This document shows, piece after piece, positions 43,628 to 64,000 of a stretch of DNA of 64,000 nt. The DNA comes from the human T2T-CHM13v2.0 reference genome, Homo sapiens: the NCBI RefSeq assembly GCF_009914755.1, contig NC_060927.1; one strand, given 5' to 3'. Each line of letters begins with the position of its first letter. Positions within the stretch are counted from its first letter, which is position 1. The notes under the pieces were generated by a model. That model was given only the letters and a program-made list of their open reading frames with translations, ran no database searches and had not been told where the DNA came from. The translations under genes were made by a program, and so were the position numbers.

Positions 43628-43947
43628 GCAGTAATACTCATTCACTCATTCCAAGTCCAACTTAATGGACACATTTGCATGGTTATAAGGCCTATATAAG
43701 CTTTATTTTGGGCAAATAGAAGTCATTTATTTACTCACATCAAAAAATTGGAATAACCCAAACCAATGAAGCTGTAAAATGGATTCTCGGAGTGAGGAGT
43801 CAGTGAAGGAAAATACTCTCTTAACCTTAGCACCTGACGTAGTACCTAGTTATACTGCAGCACTTGCCTGGTGACTGAGATATTCCTTAGAACAGATATG
43901 TTAAAACAAATGCAAGATACAAATCTTATCTCTAGATGGTACAAGTA

Positions 43948-44279
43948 CAGTAGGCCCTCTATATCCATGGGTTCTGCATCCATGGCTTCAACCAACCTTG
44001 GAATAAAAATATTCAGTGGAAAAGTTGCATCTGTATTGAACATGCAGACTTTTCTTGCCATTATTCCCTAAACAATACAATGTTAACAACTACTTATTCA
44101 GCATTTACATTGTGTTAGGTATTATAAGTAATCTAAAGATGATTTTAAAGTATATGGGAAGATGTGCAAAGGTTGTAATGCAAGTACTACACTATTTTAT
44201 ATTGGGAACTTGAGCATAGGAGGATTTTGGTATTTGAGGGAGTTTGTGGAACCACTTCACAGATACCAAGAGATGACTG
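43948..44279 (+). mobile_element. MER2 (TcMar-Tigger MITE), full length
   Basis: ta|cagtaggccctctatatcc ... gataccaagagatgactg|ta: degenerate terminal inverted repeats, TA target duplication, internal match to MER2 as recalled. Confidence 0.85.
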
Positions 44280-45269
44280 TATAATAAAAATAGTAGGAAA
44301 ACGACCATGAGTTACACCAAAGCGCTAATAATAGCACCTACAGCACTGGCAACATTTGTGTTTTGTTTTCTTTTATTCTCCCCTTTCCAAATGTTTCTGT
44401 AATGTAATTTTACATTTTAAACAATGCTACTTAGAATTTCATAATAAACTCCTTTAATTGGTTATCATTTTAAAATAAAAATAAAACTCCCACTAAAGCA
44501 AATGGATTTTGTACTTATGTAACAATCTAAAAATAAATTGAGGCTATTCTTAAAATAGAATGAAATGGAATAGAACATAATGAAAACAATGCAACTACAT
44601 TTTCACACTTCCATATCTAAATATTTTTACCCTTAATTCCACTGTCAAACAATGGCACACAAAGTCGTATTTTAAATATCCTCTCAAACCTAAGCACAGG
44701 CACCATCATCTAGAAAAACATATTTCCAACTGAGTAAAACTTGAGTGGATAATCGAATTAGCTAACCTAACCACAGTGCCAAAGACCCAAAACGCAGTCC
44801 GAAAAATGGCAAGGTTCTCCACTTTCAGTAACTGTTTAATCATTAACTTGTGGACAAATTTAGTGACTTAAAATTACACTGAAGTTGAGTTTCAAAAAGT
44901 TCCCATTGTCAAATATACAAAAGAAAATAACACAATACTCACTTACCCCAACTCTGTGTAATCTGATTTAGGATAAATTCTTAGAGAAATCTTTCTACTA
45001 ACTCTTGCCACTTGCCTATGAACATATTACCAAAAAAATTATATGGCTATGAGTTACTGGTGCTTTCAGATATACAAAACATTTCTAGTCAGAACAAACA
45101 GCCAGTGAAGGATATTAAAAACAGATTTTTACAGAATTTGAAATAGTATCTGCTTTGTAATCATTCTTTTAACTGTACTAGTATTAGCATCCTAAATTAT
45201 GTGAAGTATTTGCTGGTTTCCACCACAGAAGAGTCAGAATTAAAAAAAAAAAAAAAAAAAAAAAAAACG

Positions 45270-54143
<8,874 letters not shown>

Positions 54144-54169
54144 AAGAACCCTTTTCTAAGGCCCCCAAA

Positions 54170-55210
54170 ACCCTTGGCACATGGCCCGCCAGGCGCACGA
54201 CCCCAGCACATGGCCTGCACGACTATACCCACCCCATCCCCCCTTCATCCGCAGCCGGGAGCCTTTCCCCACCACACGGACTCCTTCCAGTGAGTTCCCG
54301 CCAAATCCACCCTCGGTCCCTCATTCCGCGACCCTCGAAGCGTCAGGGCCTCGGCCCCAAGGGCGCACGGGCGGGCCTCCTCTGCCCTAAGCCTGCGGCC
54401 TGGGGTGCGGCCGTGGCGCCGAAAGACCCGCATGCTCGGCGACCCAGCTTTCCAGGACGAAGAAAGGACAGAAGTGTCGTCCGACAGCGGTGCGCCAGAA
54501 ACCCGGGTCCGAGGCGGCGGCAGCAGCCGAGCTTCCCGCCTGACGCAGCAGAGGCGCAGGCCAAAGTGCGGCCGCCATCGCCACCTCGCCGCTCCCTACC
54601 CTCTCTGTCCGCCACAGACCCGACCCGCACTGCGGCTCCGTCAGCGCCGGGCCCCTCCCCCAGCCCTCACCTTCCGCGTCGGAGCGGGCCCGCAGCGGCG
54701 GAGACTCGGACGCAGGCCTGGGGAAGACGGCTCGCAAGGTAGAGGCTGTTTATTTTGAGGGTCCTTGCCTGCGCCACACGCGGGTCTGCACACGGCCCCA
54801 CATACGCCGCTGCGCACGGCTCTCCTCCGCCTCGCCCACGCGGCCAATCAGCGCGCGGGGTTCGGCAGTCCAATCAGAGCCGCCCGCGGCAGGGCCGCCC
54901 ACTAGAGCGCGGCGCGGGGCGGGTGTTTCTGCGCGCAGCGTCTTTTCCCGCCGTGCCCCGCGCGCGGCCTTTCACGCCGGGATCCGGGTCCCGGTGCTTC
55001 TCGGTTCATTCCCAGCTGGGTCCGGGCCCGGCCAGACTGGGTGGAAATCTGGCTGACCTTGGTGGTCTGTCTTGGCCAGCTGGAGCAAAGGGATGCCAGG
55101 GGACGGGTCTCGGTGCAGTGACTGCCATTAGCTTGGGGCCGCAGAAAGTTTCTCCCCTTTCTCGGGCTCCTGCCAGGCCCTTGGCTTTCAGAGCCAGGCC
55201 CGATTTCTAG
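54170..55210 (-). promoter_or_regulatory. CNBP: CNBP CpG-island promoter with tandem CCAAT boxes and GC boxes
   Basis: Very high GC/CpG; CCAATCAG at 54844 and 54870; CCGCCC/GGGGCGGG at ~54880, 54895, 54916. Confidence 0.88.
54671..54800 (-). other. CNBP: CNBP non-coding exon 1 (5' boundary approximate)
   Basis: Donor CGGAAG|gtgagg at 54671/54670 inside the CpG island, downstream of CCAAT/GC boxes. Confidence 0.8.
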
Positions 55211-55983
55211 ATAACATTTAAGTTTGCAGAAAAGGGGATGCCAAGTCACGGTGGTCACGGCTGTGGGATGCAGCCTCTGAGATTTGTATTAATTTTTGTG
55301 AGCCGGGGAAAGGCCTTGCTGCTTTCTCCGCCAGGACTGATGTGTCTTCCCAAGATGAAAGTGCCTGGTAAGGGCGAGGGGCCTCCCTGGGAAGGTCATG
55401 AGCATGTAAGGTAATGGGGCCTAGACTGTGACTTTTGGCACGTTTATGAGTGACATCCCCCGGGAGGGCAAGGATAACCATTTGACCTGGTCTGTCATAT
55501 TCAGGAATAGACTTCAGTTTAGTTGTGGTATTTTCTCCAAAAGAGATTTGTGTATATAGCCCTAGATAGTCTTGTCAAGATTAAACCCAATTTAAACTGT
55601 TAACTATAAAATATTTTAGAATTTTGTCTCATTCTAGAATGGCTTTATTCGAAACAAAAAAAAAAGGAAGAGTCCCAAGTTTCGTCTCAGTGAAACCTGC
55701 CAGTTCAACACTATGATTTATTTTTCTTTTTTTCTTTAATTTTTTTTTTTTAAGAGTAGGGTCTTGCTCTGTCGCTGGGTTTACAGGCATAAGCCACCAA
55801 TCCCAAATCCCGGGGCTATGATTTTTGAAATCATGTTCGTGAGAAGGCAGAGCACATGTGTTGAGAGTCAGACTTTAAACCTGGGTTCAAATCATTAGTG
55901 CTTAATCATTGTAAAGCAGTTAGGAGGTTGCGTTCAACATAGCAATTATCAAAGAATGAATGTATAACTTTAAAGACCAATGA

Positions 55984-64000
<8,017 letters not shown>

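Noticed and set aside
54181-55258. Several 60-150 aa Pro/Arg/Gly-rich ORFs
   Set aside because: Stop-codon scarcity in the CpG island; mostly non-ATG starts; no recognisable domain

Overview
Human (or very close great-ape) genomic DNA from the 3q21.3 ISY1/CNBP region. It is not prokaryotic: there are no operons or CRISPR arrays, and almost all ORFs in the supplied track are Alu/L1 artefacts. Two spliced minus-strand genes can be rebuilt from GT-AG junctions. ISY1 has 11 coding exons (31881->983; 858 nt = 285 aa + stop; NTC/Prp19-complex splicing factor). CNBP/ZNF9 has a non-coding exon 1 in a CpG island at ~54.7 kb and four coding exons (42663->41359; 534 nt = 177 aa + stop; seven CCHC knuckles + RGG box). 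CNBP intron 1 carries the myotonic dystrophy type 2 repeat as a normal interrupted allele, (TG)21(TCTG)7(CCTG)6 GCTG CCTG TCTG (CCTG)9, in place of an Alu tail. The rest is very Alu-dense, with an old Alu-shredded L1, MER2, MER20, MLT1 fragments and a 3'-truncated U6 retrocopy. The least explained structure is the ISY1 promoter: a 114/111/114-bp triplication full of ETS motifs, open on both strands, whose 215-aa antisense ORF starts in a palindrome shared with the ISY1 ATG. Other points of interest are a 66-nt in-frame sense-Alu cassette exon in ISY1, TG acceptors in CNBP, an AATAAA/uORF in CNBP exon 1 and a perfect 15-bp hairpin in ISY1 intron 1. I found no convincing wholly new biological system. 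Repeat subfamily names and transcript ends are from recall or by eye and are approximate.
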